Origin: Octopus sinensis | Taxonomy: Eukaryota | Length of the DNA stretch: 64,000 nt | Direction: 5' to 3' | NCBI RefSeq assembly: GCF_006345805.1 | Contig: NC_043003.1 | Coordinates: forward strand, 88,722,001-88,786,000 | Shown here: positions 60,720-64,000 of the stretch, piece by piece | Numbering within the stretch: position 1 is the first letter of the stretch | How the letters are laid out: every line of letters begins with the position of its first letter | The notes under the pieces: generated by a model | The model's input: the letters and a program-made list of their open reading frames with translations, nothing else | The model's database searches: none | Told to the model about the DNA's origin: nothing | Program-made: the position numbers and the translations under genes

Positions 60720-61262
60720 TTTCTGTCAGGGAAATAGTTCTGCTCATTATGTTGGAAAGGTGTTGGAAGGAATTCCATTCACTGCACCCAGTGTAAGCCA
60801 TGGACACATAAAAGATGCAGTGGAATCAAAGGTAGGTAAACAGAGAAAATAGTCTTTGAATGTGACATATGCGTAGGAATAATAAACACTAACAACACAT
60901 GGGAATTGAGTTTTCTCAAATGCTAAGAAGGTTCCCTCAAGGTTGTAGATACTTTCTGATACCTAGGTGACAAAATTAGCATTGAAGGAGGATGTTCTGA
61001 AAATATTGTTGCTAGAATAAGAATAGGATGGAGAAAGTTCAGAGAATTATTACCTCCCTTAACGACAAAAGCCTCTCTCCCTCAGAGTGAAAGGCAGATT
61101 GTATGATCCTTGTGTACAAACAGCTATGTTCCATAGTAGAGCCCTGAATGTAAAGGGCATACAAAGACTGGAAGGGAATGAAATTATTATGCTCTGGTGG
61201 ATGTGCATTATCAGTGTGTATGTACAACAAAGCACAAATGTGTTAAGAGAAAAGTTAAATGT
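60720..61262 (+). mobile_element. Decayed RTE fragment
   Basis: YLGD, LKGRLYDPCVQTAM, MLWWMC. Confidence 0.8.
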
Positions 61263-61459
61263 AAGATGCGAATGTGTGTCTGTCTGTCTGCGTGAATCCC
61301 TAAGACTTGATATCTACACAACCAATTTCATTCAAATTTTACACATGCCTTACTTAGGGTCCATGTAGTGTCATGGGCAAAAAAATTTTTTTAACTTCTT
61401 GTCTAGTGCGAGCCCACAGCAATATCATATCTTCTTCACTATTTCAGAATTACGTGTCA

Positions 61460-63050
61460 AAAGTGATTGTGATTTTGCTGTCACCTATTTAGACGATATT
61501 CTAATAAAAAGCTAATCACACAAACATGCAGAACATGTCAAAAGGGTATTTGAAAAGATAAGAGAATACACCTTCAAGATAAGTGAAGAAAATAAGAGTT
61601 CTTTCTGAAAAAAATTCAATACTTGGTCCAGATAATAGATAAAAACAGATGGAAACCTGATCCAGCCAGAGCAACTGCGATAAAAAATATGCCCACACCG
61701 AATAATGTGACTATCCTCTAAGCATTCTTGGGTTTAGTAAATTACTACCAAATTTACATTCCCAATATACACAATGTAAGGCTAAATGATTTGTTAAAAG
61801 AAAAATGCTAAATTGTGCTGGACTGGTAAGTGCCAGAAGGCATTTGATGAATTAAAAAACATTTTAACATCAAACTTATCTTTAACGCATTTCAATCAAA
61901 AGCTGGATATTATATTGGTTATAGATGTGAGCGATTATTGTGTAGGAACCGTGCTTCAGCACAAATGTGAGTAAAAAGATTGCCCATGCATCACAATCAT
62001 TATTACCAGCTGAAAGGAACTATAGCCAAATAGAAAAGAAAGCGTTAGCAATCATATTCAGTGTGAAAAATTCCATAGATTTATTCATGAAAGAAGTTTC
62101 TGTCAACAAACGGATCATCACCCACTACTGTCAATATACACTTCTAAAAAAGGAATACCAACACACACAGCAAATAGACTACAGCGATGGGACACTACAT
62201 CATTGAACTATGATTACAAAAGGGAATAATTACCATCAAAAGAAATAGGGGATGTCGATGGGTTGTCCAGACTGATACCAAAACACTGCAAGCCATTCAA
62301 AGACATGGTAATTGCAGCATTAAGATCAGAAGCAGGAATGAAAAATGTAAAGTGGAATGTGGTATGTGATTTACCAGTGACCCTAGAAGACATAAAACTA
62401 ATTGCAAAAAAGGACAAATTCCTAACAGAAATGGAAAGAATATTGTGGACAGGAAAAGTAAATAGGAACAGGACTGGTGCAAAACGAAACCAAGACATGA
62501 ACCTATACTCAATTTGTGATGGCATACTGATGTATGCACAGAGAGTAGTAACACCTGAAACACTGCAAAAAATGTTGAGGGAATTCCATGTTGGACATCC
62601 TGGTATTTCGAGAATGAAAGCTTTGTTGTGTAGCTACATGTACTGGCCAAAAGCGGACAGAGAAATTGAAAATTTAGTGAAAGGCTGCAGAGGATGTGCT
62701 TTAGTGGCAAAATTACCAACAATAAAAAGTGAACCTTAGCCAAAAGTAGATGTGCCATGGTCAAGACTACACATCAATTTCGCTGGTCCTTTAAATGGTT
62801 CATACAACTTAGTGGTAGTTGATAGTTTCTCTAAATGGCCAGAAAATTTCTAAGTGTAAACAAAAAACAAACAAACCTCCTCAACTGCGACAAACTTTCT
62901 ACATGAGTTGTTTGCTAGATTTGGCATCCCAAACACAATAGTGCCTGACAATGGAATGCAATTTGTGTCTTTTGAGTTTAAAAAGTTTTGTAAAACGTTG
63001 CTGTAGAACATGTAACTATAGCACCATACCATTCCAGATCTATAAATAGT
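61460..63050 (+). mobile_element. Gypsy-type LTR retrotransposon pol remnant (RT end, RNase H, integrase); no LTRs seen
   Basis: PAERNYSQIEKKALAIIF; HVGHPGISRMKAL...YWP...CRGC; PWSRLHINFAGP; LFARFGIPNTIVPDNG.QF. Confidence 0.88.
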
Positions 63051-63279
63051 CATGTCTTACTTGCCTAACTAACTATAATGCTATACCAGAGGGAGTGTTA
63101 TAACAGTCTAACAGAGGATTACAACAGCTCACCAGATAACTGTACATAGTACCCTGTCAGAGTTAACAAAGGCCAGAAATAGTGGCTTACTCTTAACTAC
63201 ATATTTCTCCTGCAGCTGCCTCACTAGGAGGACAGCATCCATAGTACCACTTTCAGGAACAAAACCAAACTACATCTCA

Positions 63280-63930
63280 TCTAAGTCCATCAAGTCATGA
63301 ATCAGTTGGACTTATAACTATCTCTGTGACCATAACTTGATCTAGTAATTGGATTCTTCTATAAATGCTTTTTTCTAAGGCATCGTTTTATGCCATTGTA
63401 GCAGTTTATGATGAAACCCTTCCTCACTAGATGTTTTGAGCAGCTCTTCAGCTTTCCCTTCCCTTCATGGTCTTTGATCACCTTATCTATGCTGCTGTCA
63501 ACTAAAATTGCTGGCCCCTCTGTAGCATTAGCATAAGGTGGTCCCTCTTTATTCAAAGAATTCTCCACATTCAACAGCCTCTCATAATAGCACTTCCACT
63601 CTACTTTTTGTTTTCCGTACTGACAAGTATGCATCTCATCAATTACATCTTGGTTGTCTATCATAGTCTCACAATCCTTAACACCTCAGAGCAAGTTGGC
63701 AAATCTCTTCCCTACTGCTCCCTTCACTAAATATACTAGTCACCTAGCTGCTCTTTTAGCCATTTGGTATTTCTCACTACTACCACATGCTTTCCAGGCC
63801 TGTCATTACCCTATCAACTGTACCATACCTTTACTATCGTATCAACTGTATCATTCTACCACCATGAAACTTGACTTGGTTGAGGTTTTTCTCCAGCCAC
63901 ATGCCTCTTTCATTGCCCTGAGCAAGTTAC
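63280..63930 (-). mobile_element. Decayed RTE fragment
   Basis: WKCYYERLLNVEN...EGPAILVDSS matches the linker region of the 2272 ORF. Confidence 0.8.
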
Positions 63931-64000
63931 TTCATAAAAATACTTGTGTGTGTGTGTACATCTATCTATGTATTACCAATTTAATATCCACTTTTCCATG

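Noticed and set aside
58786-64000. Upstream TPR coding exons or promoter
   Set aside because: No coiled-coil exon with valid splice sites was found; the region is mostly RTE, Gypsy and Helitron debris.

Overview
Eukaryotic, AT-rich, repeat-dense DNA. The repeat families suggest a cephalopod/octopus (inference). The only host gene supported is TPR (nuclear basket coiled-coil protein, Tpr/Megator/Mlp family) on the minus strand: 16 internal exons from 58785 down to 19918 splice with canonical AG/GT into one open frame of 517 codons, and both gene ends lie outside the window. The introns hold one apparently intact RTE LINE (1039-aa APE-RT ORF with a PHD-type finger) and its decayed relatives, plus CR1-like, L1/Tx1-like, Penelope-like, Gypsy, mariner/maT, Tigger, piggyBac-type, hAT-type and Helitron remnants and SINEs. 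The most interesting unexplained structures are: (i) four type I hammerhead ribozyme motifs, one of them inside a tRNA-headed SINE; the three antisense to TPR have intact cores and the one on the TPR-sense strand has a core mutation; (ii) a 5.1-kb block (RTE 3' tail, 3 x 157 bp, about 12.6 x 350 bp) that splits a microsatellite as if inserted in one event. All alignments and folds were done by eye and family names come from motif recall, not database searches.
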